A stretch of DNA of 64,000 nucleotides from Felis catus. Lineage: Eukaryota. The notes below the pieces were generated by a model. That model did not search any database, had not been told where the DNA came from, and worked only from the letters and a program-made list of their open reading frames with translations. Location: positions 17,362,001 through 17,426,000 of the forward strand of contig NC_058369.1 of NCBI RefSeq assembly GCF_018350175.1, written 5' to 3'. The translations under genes and the position numbers were made by a program. Shown here piece by piece: positions 24,698 to 35,943 of this stretch (position 1 is the stretch's first letter; every line of letters starts with the position of its first letter).

Positions 24698-25462
24698 CTG
24701 TTGCAAAGAACAGTTTGCTTGACCATTAGAAGTCTATTCATTTGGGTCAACAGTGTCAGTCTGATTACAACTGCAAAGTGCAATTATTTATAAAAATACA
24801 ACATGACTCTCATAATGGCTACCTAAGAGAAGGTTTGCACAGTACATCCCTATGGATCCTGCTACTTCTTCGAGAATTCTGCTCTGGGGTCAGACAGCTG
24901 GTGCTAGTTATGAGGTGGAAACCCACAGGAACTCAGTGCCAGCTGACAGAATATCAAAGCCTTAGTAATTAATAGGCTGGAGCTAAAGTTAGAGACAGAT
25001 TTCAAAAGTAACAGTTGGGGGGGGGGAGGGCGGGGAGAAAAAGACCGAGGGCAAAATAGAAAGGAAAGAACTTTTAATTTGTGGCTCACAGATTTCCTAA
25101 CATTAAGCCATGGCAAGCAAGCTAAGTGCAGTGGGGAAAAGCCTGTGTAAAGAGCTGTAGTGGCCAAAGGCCTACAATATAACATATTTTGATGATGATT
25201 AGTTTGCATCTATAATCGTAGTTTTAAGATTGATCCAGCTCTTGTGTGGCACAACTACAACAAATATTCAATACCACTCTTTCTTCTGTTGTTAGAGATG
25301 TTATGTGGCAGATGCCCTGGATTTGAATACATCCAACAAGAACAACAAAACCCTTAGAGATAATTCACATGCCTCCCTAACAGTCTTCCTCAAAGAAGCT
25401 CATCAAGGTGTTTACTGTGACTGTTTCACCTCCACATTTGGGGAATCCGGGGAACCACTTAC

Positions 25463-25531
25463 CCGCAGTATCATTCCCTTCCATTCCATGATCACCGTTG
25501 GCTAGCCCTGTTGCTTTAGAGGATGGCGTAC
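25463..25531 (-). CDS. MAP4: MAP4 second coding exon (69 nt): (G)TPSSKATGLANGDHGMEGNDTA
   Basis: Acceptor ttgttgcag|GT, donor GCGG|gtaagt, phase 1-1; resembles human DTPSSKPTLLANGGHGVEGSDTT as recalled. Confidence 0.95.
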
Positions 25532-25989
25532 CTGCAACAACCACAAAGAATAATTAGCCACTGTGACAGACAGCAGTATGAAAAACACACTCCACACTAC
25601 CTAACTAGGTAGAATTTTGTCACTCTTCATAGCATGAGCTTAAAGCAGATAAATATATGTCCAAAATTTAAAGATCCAATAAAAGAAAACCCAGAAATAT
25701 AGAACACAATGGAGTCATTCATTTTTACGGGACCCAGACTCTACACTATAGAAGAGCCTTTCCTAATAAGCAAACTGAAATCCTTTCTGTTCTGTAAATT
25801 GTCAAAGATTACCATTGTATTCAATTAGAACCACTATTAGGCACCACAGATTCTGTATCTGTGATTCAAATCCAATGCTCCAAGGGCACAGGACCATTTG
25901 GAACTCCCACACAAAGAGTCCAGGGCATCATCGTTGCTCCTGAGGGTGAGGATTACACAGTCACCAGTAGCACTACTGGAAGCAGAGAA

Positions 25990-26820
25990 CTTTTTTTTTA
26001 ATCTTACTTATTCTGATAGAGTATAGTTGTGTCATATTCCCTAATAACTAAAGACATTGAGCATCTTTTCATGTTTATTTGCCATCCCTTTCTTTAGTGA
26101 ATTGAATGGTCAAATTTTTTGACCACTTTTCTTTGGGTTGTTTTCTTATTATTTAGTTTTGAGGATTCCTTATACATTCTAAGTACCGACCCTTTATCAG
26201 ATGAATTCTGCAAATATTTTATCCCAGTCTATAACTTGAATTTTCATTCTCTTAACTGTCTTTTGCTTTGCAAACTGTGTCTTACCCGTATTTTCATTGT
26301 CTTAACTGTGTCTTTTGCTTTAAATTTTGATGAACTCGAATTTTTCATTTTTCCCTCATGCTTTCTTATATTTTCAGTGAGGTATCTAAGAAATCTTTAT
26401 CTAACTCAAGGCCACAGGATTTTCTCCTACGTTTTCTCTAGAACTCTTCTGGTTTTCAAATTTAGGCTCCATATTAAGGCCAATGATACATGATAAATTT
26501 TGTATATAGTGTAGCTACAGGTCTAGATCTGTATTTTTTGCCTGTGGACATCTAATTATTCCTGTATAATTTGTTGAACAGACTATCCTTATTCCCTGAA
26601 CTGCCACTGCATTTTTGTAGTAAAATCACATATACTATGTGTGGATCTATTTCTGGACTCTCTTCTATTCCACCGGCCTATAAGTCTATCTATTTTTCCA
26701 ATACTACACTGTCTTGATTACTGAATCTGTACAGTATTTCAAAAAGGTCATGTGAGTCCTCTATAGTGGGTCTTTTCCAAAATTTTTTTGGTTATTCTAG
26801 TTTCTTTGCTCTACTATATC
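25990..26820 (-). mobile_element. Old L1 ORF2/3' fragment
   Basis: ttgagcatcttttcatgtttatttgcc...ccacactgtcttgattact are antisense L1 hallmarks. Confidence 0.75.
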
Positions 26821-26989
26821 ATGGATAAAATTGCGTTACTACATAGATGAATATAAGGATGTACAACCTTTTCTTAAAGGCTTTGACCACATCTAACACT
26901 TCAGCAACCCATCTAGCTCTGCGGTCAGCTTGCCAACCCAAGAGCTTCCCATGAGTCCCTCTCAAGAACTTAACAGAGATATTTGTCTT

Positions 26990-27075
26990 TTTTTTTCTTA
27001 ATCTTTATTTATTTTGGGGAGAGAGAGAGAGAGACAGAGTGAGAGAAGAGGGAGGGAGGGAGGGAGGGAGGGAGG

Positions 27076-27121
<46 letters not shown>

Positions 27122-28792
27122 GAACCTGAAGCAGGCCCCAGGCTCCAAGCTGTCAGCACAGAACCCGACACGGGGCTCGAACTCATGAACCACAGGATGG
27201 TGACTTCAGCCAAAGCCGGACGCCCAACCGACTGAGCCACCCAGGTGCCCCTAGAGATATTTTTCATAAAACAAGTAAAAATCTGGAATGTATGCTACAA
27301 AAATATAAAATGCAAGATTTTACTTTGAAAGACAAGAAACTGTACTGTCCAACCTTCTGACTCCCACAGATCCAAGGCAGAAATCTTTCACATAAACTCA
27401 TTGAAAATATCTTTCATTCTGTTATCTCAGATAACAGAGGAACAACTACAGAAAACCTAAAGAACAAGGCAGACCAAAAAGAGATTATCAATTAACTGGA
27501 GGAAAAAGAAAATAAAGGAATGAAAGAGAACAGACTTTTATTGAATATCCACCATGCATTAGGTACCATACTAGGGCTTTATATACTGTTTTACTTATCC
27601 GGAGAGATACCAACTATGTTCTATCCCACATTTATGCCAAATATGGGATAGAACATGTTTAGCATAAATTTCCTTTTACCCTCACAAAGTACATTTATAA
27701 AATTTATTCTTCTTAGCTCAAGAAAGAACACATATTTTAAAAAATCTGCCTCATTTTAAAATACAGATTGTAAAAAATAAAATAAAATGCAGATTATAGG
27801 AAAATGCAAATTATAAAAAATACCATCTTCTGGTCATGAGAGTGATAAAATCTTTTTACAATTTAATAGCCAGTGTTGGCACAGTGTAAGAAAACAGGTA
27901 ATCTCATACACCACTCAACGAATATAAATCGGAACAACCTTTTATGAGACAACTTGGCAGTCTATCAAATTTTGATATACTTGTTTAACTCAACAATCCG
28001 TTTTAGGTACGTAGTTCAGAGAAAGACATAAAAGTGCACAAATATGAATGTTAATGAGATGTTGACTATGGCATTGTTTAAAAAGTTACAAATGCCCACT
28101 GACAGATTCACTAAATTATTTTTTTTTAATTTTTTTTTAACGTTTTATTTTTATTTTTGAGACAGAGAGAGACAGAGCATGAACGGAGGAGGGTCAGAGA
28201 GAGAGAGGGAGACACAGAATCCGAAACAGGCTCCAGGCTCTGAGCGGTCAGCACAGAGCCCGACGCAGGGCTCGAACTCACGGACCGCGAGATCGTGACC
28301 TGAGCCGAAGTCGGACGCTTAACCGACTGAGCCACCCAGGCGCCCCAGATTCACTAAATTATGAAATAATATGCAATTTTAAAAGAAATGAGGTAACTCT
28401 TCATGTACTGATATGGGAAAATGCCAGACCATATTAAGAAAAAAATTAAACCAGGGTCGCCTGGGTGGCTCAGTCAGTTAAGCATCCGACTCTTGATCTC
28501 AGCTTAGGTCTTGAACTCGAGGTCATGAGTTCAAGCCCCACATTGGGCATCATCATGGGCATGAAGCCTACTTAAAAGAAAAAAAGAAAAGCAAATATGG
28601 CATAATAGCATTATAACACACACGCGCACACAAATAATCAGAAAAATTATGAAAGAATATATCCAAACACCACTGATGGGGAACCAGAGATAAGGAAAAA
28701 AAGGAAGACTTAAACAGACACAAAGTCCTGTTTTAATTGAGCACATTAAAGAATTTTATAATACTTTAAAAAATTTTTTTAAGTTTATTTAC

Positions 28793-28844
<52 letters not shown>

Positions 28845-29060
28845 GATGCAGGGCTGGAATCCACCAACCACAAGATCATGACCTGAGCCAAAATCAAAGA
28901 GTTGGACACTTAACTGAATGAGCTACCCCGGCGCCCCAGAGCACATTAAAGAATTTAAGAGTAGGGACGCCTGACTGGCTCACTTGGTAGAGTGTGCAAC
29001 TCTTGATCTCAAAGTTGTAAGTAAGCCCCACATTAGGCATACAGTTTACCTAATAAAATA
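26990..29060. mobile_element. Cluster of CanSINEs (-26990-27251, -28120-28346, +28453-28590, -28765-28937, +28963-29060) within MIR and L1ME remnants
   Basis: SINE heads and tails with TSDs such as agattcactaaattat and gagcacattaaagaattt. Confidence 0.8.
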
Positions 29061-29132
29061 GTAATACTACTACTAATAATAATACTATAGCTTTTTAAAA
29101 AATAATGGATAGACATTTAAAGAATGGATAGA

Positions 29133-30597
29133 CAATGGACCAGAACAGAGAGCCCAGAAATGGACCCACAAATGTATGGCCAACTAATTTTTGACAAACC
29201 AGGAAAGAATATCCAATGGAATAAAGACAGTCTCTACAGCAAATGATGCTGGGAAAACTGGACAGCAATATGTAGAAAAATGAATCTGGACCCACTTTCT
29301 TACACTATACACAAAAATACACAAAATCGATGAAAGACCTAAATGTAAGACAGGAAGCCATCAAAATCCTCGAGGAGAAAGCAGACATTTTAAAAACCTC
29401 TTTGACCTCAGCTGCAGCAACTTCTTACTCAACATGTCTCCAGACGAAAGGGAAATAAAAGCAAAAATGAACTACTGGGACCTCATCAAGATAAAAAGCT
29501 TCTGTACAGCAAAGGAAACAATCAGCAAAAGTAAAAGGAAACCAACAGAATGGGAGAAGATATTTGCAAATGACACATCAGATAAAGGGTTAGTATCCAA
29601 AAATCCATAAGGAACTTATCAAACTCAACACCCAAAAAACATTTCTTACCCAGTGAAGAAATGGGCAAAAGACATGAACAGACACTTCTCCAAAGAAGAC
29701 ATCCAGATGGCCAACCAATACAGGAAAAAATGCTCAACATCACTCATCATCAGAGAAATACAAATCAAAACCACAATGAGATGGCACCCCACACCTGTCA
29801 GAATGGCTAAAATTAACTCAGGCAACAACAAATGTTGGTGAGGATGCAGAGAAAGAGGATCTCTTTTACACTATTGGTGGGAATATAAACTGGTGCAGCC
29901 ACTCTGGAAAACAGTATAGAGATTCCTCAAAAAGTTAAAAACAGAACTACTCTATGACCCAGTAATTGCACTACTAACTACTAGGTAATTAACTAAGGGA
30001 CACAGGTGTGCTGTTTCAAAGGGGCACATGCACCCCAATGCCTATAGCAGCGCTATCAAAAATAGCCAAAGTAGGGAAAAGAGCCCAAACGTCCATCAAC
30101 AGATGAATGGATAAAGATGTGGTTTGTGTGTACACACGTACACACACACGCACGCCCACACACATACATACATACATACATACACACAATGGAGCATTAT
30201 TACTCAGCAATCAAAAAGAATGAAATCTTGCCATTTTCAACAATGTAGATAGAACTAGAGTGTATTATGCTAAGCAAAATTAGAGAAAAACAAATATATG
30301 ACTTCACTCATATGAGGACTTTAAGGTACTAAACAGATGAACATAAGGGAAGGGAAGCAAACAGGGAGGGGGACAAAACATAAGAGACTCTTAAATATGG
30401 AGAACAAACAGAGGGTTGCTGATGGGGTTGTGGGTGGGGGGGATGGGCTAAATGGGCAAGGGGCATTAAGGAAGACACTTGTTGGGATGAGCACTGGGTG
30501 TTATAAACTGGAGATGAATCACTGGACTCTACTCCTGAAATCATTATTGCACAATATGCTAACTAACTTGCATGTAAATTAAAAAATAAAAAATTTT
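29133..30597 (+). mobile_element. 5'-truncated carnivore L1 (3' ORF2 and 3' UTR)
   Basis: ORF 29653-29841 [20 protein letters not shown]...[12 protein letters not shown] is L1 ORF2 C-terminus; A-rich end at ~30580. Confidence 0.92.
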
Positions 30598-31100
30598 AAG
30601 TAGCTAATAGTTACAGAATTCTATAATAGAACACTATTTAACCATTAAAAACAAAGTTGCAGAAGTATATTTATTAACATACTTGTAAATTAGCAATCTA
30701 CATGTGCAAAATAATAAAATTATTTTGTACTACACAAAATTATTTTGTACAATACAATCCCATTTTGGTAAAAAATAAAATTACATATTTAAAATTAAAA
30801 AAGAGAATGGATAGAGAGAGCCAACTGAAGTTCATAGGTCATCCTCAACATACTACCACAAATACTTAAACATGGCAGGAAAGATGGCTCAAAAGAATAA
30901 AGTAAGAAAAGACCTAGAAATCAAGAAGGTTACTATCCAGTAGACCAGAAATTACAAGAAATATCCAAGAAGCTGAAGCAAATGGGATCACACTGAAGGA
31001 GAAACCACAGCCCAAAGACGGCCCAGGAAAGCAGGACTGCAAGGTCTTCTGCACTCGGACAGCAGGCATGATGGGAGCGCCATTAAAAGCTACCAGGCCA

Positions 31101-33538
31101 GGGGCACCTGGGTGGCGCAGTCAGTTAAGCATCCGACTTCAGCCAGGTCACAATCTCACGGTCCGTGAGTTCGAGCCCCGCGTCAGGCTCTGGGCTGATG
31201 GCTCAGAGCCTGGAGCCTGTTTCCGATTCTGTGTCTCCCTCTCTGCCCCTCCCCCGTTCATGCTCTGTCTCTCTCTGTCCCAAAAATAAATAAATGTTGA
31301 AAAAAAAATTTTTTTTAAAAGCTACCAGGCCAGTCCCCATTTCCCCCATACTTTCCTTCCCTCACCCCACAACAGTCAGCCTTGTGCCAACCTCCAGAAC
31401 GAATGGGGAGCCCTCACACTCCACCTGGCAGCACAGCTGTATCCCTGTCAGAGGCAGGTGGTAAAAAAAAAAAAAGTCATGAGGAATCTCAAATAGACAG
31501 TAATGCCACATACCTGAGGGAAACTATCACCAAAAGAATAAGGCATCATCGCATTCAAAGAGAATAAACATCACTCAGGGAAACAATGTTGATACAGCAA
31601 ATAAGAGACTTTTTTTTTTTAACATTTATTTATTTTTGAGGGACAGAGATAAGAGCACAAGTTGGGGAGGGGCAGAGAGAAGGAGACACAGAATCCGAAG
31701 CAGGCTCCAGGCTCTGAGCTGTCGGCACAAAGCCCAACACGGGGCTCAAACCCACAAACTGTGAGATCATGACCTGAGCTGAAGTCGGATGCTTAACCGA
31801 CTGAGCCACCCAGGTGCCCCGCAAACAGGAGACTTTTTTTAAAAACTACCTCATTTCCCCCAGAAGGTATAAAGAAAATATCACACATCCATGAAACAAA
31901 AGCAAGCCCCTGAAAAGTAAATTCTCTCATGACTGAGTAACAAATCATCTTCCAGGTTAGGTAGTTTCCAATTCTTTGCTTTCATCAAACTTTAAAGAAG
32001 TTTTAATGTAGTTGCCTTCTGATACGACATTGAAAATAATTTCTAATAATAATGACTTACAGAATCCTTAACATATAACTCAAAGAATTGAGGACATTTC
32101 CGTAGAGACTTCTATTCCCACACACTTAGCCATGTGAATAAAGTTTTTTCACTTCAAAATCTATTAAAATAGGAAGAGAGGGGCGCCTGGGTGGCTCAGT
32201 AGGTTATGCACCTGACTGATCTCAGGGTCAAGAGTTCAAGCCCTGCGGTGGGCTCTGAACTGGCATGAAGCTAACTAAAAACAAAAACAAAAACCAATAG
32301 GAATAGAAATTACTACACCCTCTTTCATCCTAGCAAAAAATAATTATCCAAAGATTCATGACCTAATTGAGAAAAATATTAGACCCCCAAAAACATTTCC
32401 AACCAAATTCAACTTTTATGGTTAGTAACGATTTACCAAAAATCATGACACACGCGATCAACTGTGTACTACTACTAGTAACTGTGATAATAACTTTTCT
32501 TCTGGATCAAGTTAATATTTAAAGCCTTATGGTTACAGGAACTTTTTAAATTAAAATTTAAGCTTACATACATATTTTGTTACAAAAACACAATAACAAT
32601 CAAGAAAAACCTATCAGTATAAAAATGTATTACTCTAAGATAAAAGTCTATGACAGACATGGACCAGAAATAAGAGTTCAAGGAATCGAAAGAAGGATTT
32701 ACATTTCCAATGATAATGAACAGCTTGCTCATACATTTTTAAAATACATGATGAGGAGAATCAAAATGCTATATATTTAGGAGCATTTGGATGCATTGAA
32801 AAGAGCAGCATAACTTATTTTTATGTGGCAAAAGTAAAACATTCTGAAAATGACATGCTTTACAACTACCTCCTTTAGCCAGAGCTTTAAATATCAACAA
32901 CCTCCAGATTGGTATCCCGAGCCCAGAACTCTCCTCTGAACTCCAGACTCTTATCTAGCTGTCTATTGCTCTTCTCCACTTGGGTATCTTCTCTACTATC
33001 ATGTAACTCATGCTCAGCAACTCTCGACTTAAATTTCTTATATTCCTCTAAAAATCTACTTTTTTTTTTCTTTTTCTTTGGAAAAAGAGAGAGAGACTCT
33101 TAAGCAGGCTTCACGCTGGACAGAAGACCATCACTGGGCTTGATCTCACAACTATGAGATCATGACCTGAGCCGAAATCTAGAGCTGGACACATAACTGA
33201 TTGAGCCACCCAGGTGCCCCTCAAAATTCTCTTTCTAGAGCTTTCCCAATCTCAGATGATGGCAATTCATTTTTCAGTCAATCGTGCTAAAACCCTTGGG
33301 GTCATCCGGGATTCATCCTTGGCAATGTAAAAGGAGCGGTGTGGGTGGCATGGCATGGGCTACTGTAGGATGGGAAGGGGTTCAAGAAAGAAGGAGACAG
33401 GTAGTAGATACATCTTTTTCAAAGGAACAGGGAAAAAAGGAAGTAAATGAGATGGGCATGGGGTTGAGAAAGGACTTTTTTTTTTTTTAAGTATATTTAT
33501 TTATTTTGAGAGAGAGAGAAAGCATGAGCTGGGGAAGA

Positions 33539-33591
<53 letters not shown>

Positions 33592-33710
33592 CTCTAGCAG
33601 GCTCAACACTGTCGGTGCACAGCCTGATGTAGGGTTCTAACTCATAAACGGTGAGATCATGACCTGAGCGGAAGTTGGACACTCAACTGAGTGAGCCACC
33701 CAGGAGCCCC
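31101..33710. mobile_element. CanSINEs (+31101-31317 young, -31610-31820, +32180-32295, -33060-33220, -33478-33710) among a probable hAT-Charlie remnant (~31960-32800) and L2 pieces
   Basis: SINE consensus matches, e.g. TSD taaaagctaccaggcca for 31101; older elements called from partial resemblance only. Confidence 0.75.
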
Positions 33711-34269
33711 TGAGATAGGATTTTTTTTAAGGAAGTTAAAAATTATGGGTTTTTTGATGCTGATGAATGACCCAGTTGAAACAGAGAAACTGATGATGCA
33801 GGCAACAGAAGAGAAAATGGCTCTAGCAGTGCCCTAAGTGAAAGCAGTTCGCCCATAACGAGAGGAAGAGCAGAGGAAAGGGCAGAGGGGGGAGGTAGGT
33901 GAGGACCTGCAGCAGGGGGACTGTGCAGAAGTTCTCTTCTGACTGAGTCTATTGATCCTTTGTTGTAAAAGTCATTGGCTGAGAATATGAACAGGAGGGC
34001 AGGTGCTGGAGGTTTGAACAGAAAGGAGATGATGTGAAACAGTCACCTAAGAAAGTGGAAAACTTTACAAATTCATATGAATTAGTAGCAGAGTCCTCAG
34101 GTTCAAAGTTCAAGCTCTTTATACAAATGAAATAAGACTCATTTATAGTTCCTGAAAATAGTATTTATATGTCTAATAACTTTGTCTTTGAGTTAAATAA
34201 GTAAATGTTTAGTTCTGAAAAATAGCATCTATAAGACATTAAATTAAGCAGAGAGTATGCATCTGTGAA

Positions 34270-34515
34270 GACGGTGTGGTTTCATAGAAAGAACATGAAG
34301 TTGAAAATCAGAAGATCTGAGTTCAGTTGTGGTCTGTCACTATTAACCAAATGATCAAATCCAACTCCCTTGTGCTTTCTAAGCCTTAGCAGCCTCCCCT
34401 GAAAAATGTGATAATATCTATCTCCCATGGTTATCAAGAAGACGAAATCTACTAATACTGGAGGAAGTATTGTGCCAACTATACAGTGTTATGTAAATGT
34501 TAACAAATGTTATTA
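34270..34515 (+). mobile_element. MIR
   Basis: gtgtggtttcatagaaaga...tcagaagatctgagttcag...ctaagccttagcagcctcccctgaaaaatg core. Confidence 0.6.
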
Positions 34516-34805
34516 TTTCCATTGTTATTAACAATGATCATCTATAGTTGATCAATCTGTACACTAACTGTAGATTAACTGCAGACTGATCACTAAACTA
34601 TAAAGTAACCTTGGTAGAACATAAAAATATAAAAATCTAGCTTACGTGACATTAGTAGACTAATAATTGTGCATCTAAGAAATAGGAAACTTACCAGAAT
34701 AAAAAAAAAAAGCAAAATAAGGAGGTTAGAAGAAAATAAAAGAGACTGAGGTTCTACCATACACATAACACCTAACAGTCTAAAAAGAATCCAAGCCCAG
34801 GAGAG

Positions 34806-34878
34806 AGGAAGGAAGGAAGGAAGGAAGGAAGGAAGGAAGGAAGGAAGGAAGGAAGGAAGGAAGGAAGGAAGGAAGGAA
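34806..34878. repeat. (GGAA)n tetranucleotide microsatellite
   Basis: About 18 uninterrupted units. Confidence 0.95.
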
Positions 34879-34928
34879 ACATAGGGAGGGAGAAAGAAAA
34901 ACATTACAACATAAAAATAAGTAGGCTT

Positions 34929-35155
34929 TGGGGCACTTGGGTGGCTCAGTCAGTTGGGCGTCTGAGTACGGCTCAGGTCGTGATCTTGCGGTTCGTGAGT
35001 TTAAGCCCCCTGTCGGGCTCTTTGCTGACAGCTCGAGCCTGGAACCTGCTTCAGATTCTGTGTCTCCCTCTCTCTCGCTGCCCCTTCCCTGCTCATGCTC
35101 TCTCTCTCTCTCTCTCTCTCTCAAAAATAAATAAATATTTTAAAAATAAATAAAT
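34929..35155 (+). mobile_element. CanSINE
   Basis: TSD aaataagtaggcttt. Confidence 0.9.
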
Positions 35156-35603
35156 AAGTAGGCTTTAGAGTAAGAAAGAGGTTCACTGTGCATTACTGGG
35201 TAAATCCTAATTCAAAAGATGCTACACTGCCTTCTTTCACTAATTCCCTCAGAGGAACATCCATTTCATGAAATGAAATCTTTCTCAGCTAAACACCTAT
35301 TGCACTGAAAACAACACAATTTTTAAATAATCACGCGCCCTGAGAAATAAGGACATTCAAATTCACTGGGTTTATTTTTGTGTTTGGGGGTTTTCTTGTT
35401 TGTTTGTTTTTAAATCTCTTCTCTCACAAGTGATTTTAGAGTCCCACAGCTGGCAAATCAGGCAGAGAAGGGAAGTGGCAAGACCCTGAGAGGGCATGTG
35501 TGCTGTGAGGAAGACAGCCACGGTGAGTCGGCTTTGGGCAAAGGTGGGGGGGGGGGGCGGGCGGGGGGGGGGTAGATTGTGCGTGATCTCGGCACAAGGG
35601 CAC

Positions 35604-35672
35604 CTTCCAGCGCAAAAGTCAGGCCTGTTCCAACATCGCCCTCTGGTGGCCAATAAAGCTGGTTGCAAGGCT
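35604..35672 (-). CDS. MAP4: Candidate MAP4 in-frame cassette exon (69 nt): (E)PCNQLYWPPEGDVGTGLTFALE
   Basis: Branch-like ctgac (A at 35690), acceptor ccttctcttgcag|AG, weak donor GAAG|gtgccc; phase 1-1, open frame; lies in a unique-sequence island. Confidence 0.4.
35634..35652 (-). promoter_or_regulatory. CTCF binding motif
   Basis: Minus strand TGGCCACCAGAGGGCGATG versus core consensus TGGCCACCAGGGGGCGCTA; a TGCA at 35664-35667 sits at about the spacing of the upstream (ZF9-11) motif. Confidence 0.65.
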
Positions 35673-35763
35673 CTGCAAGAGAAGGCCCGTCAGCTAAACA
35701 AGAATCTGCAGTATCTAGTTATCATTCTTTCCAGGACTTGGCTTAGGCCCTCCCTCCTGCATC

Positions 35764-35943
35764 AATGTTTCTCAATCTTGGGTGCATCAAAGTTACCTGC
35801 AAGGGCCTGTTAAAACACAGATTGCTGAGCTCCATACCCAAAGTTTCTGATTCCAGGTGGGTGGGCCTGAGAATTGTACCTTAACAAGCTCCCGAATGAT
35901 GGGATCACTTCTGGTCCAAGGACCACACTTTGAAAACCACTGT
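35764..35943. mobile_element. MER5A-like hAT MITE
   Basis: caatgtttctcaa...ttaaaacacagattgctg...ccacactttgaaaaccactg; imperfect TIRs. Confidence 0.75.

Noticed and set aside
35515..35530. Plus-strand donor CG|gtgagt suggesting an antisense transcript
   Set aside because: No supporting promoter, acceptor or partner exon can be identified from the sequence.
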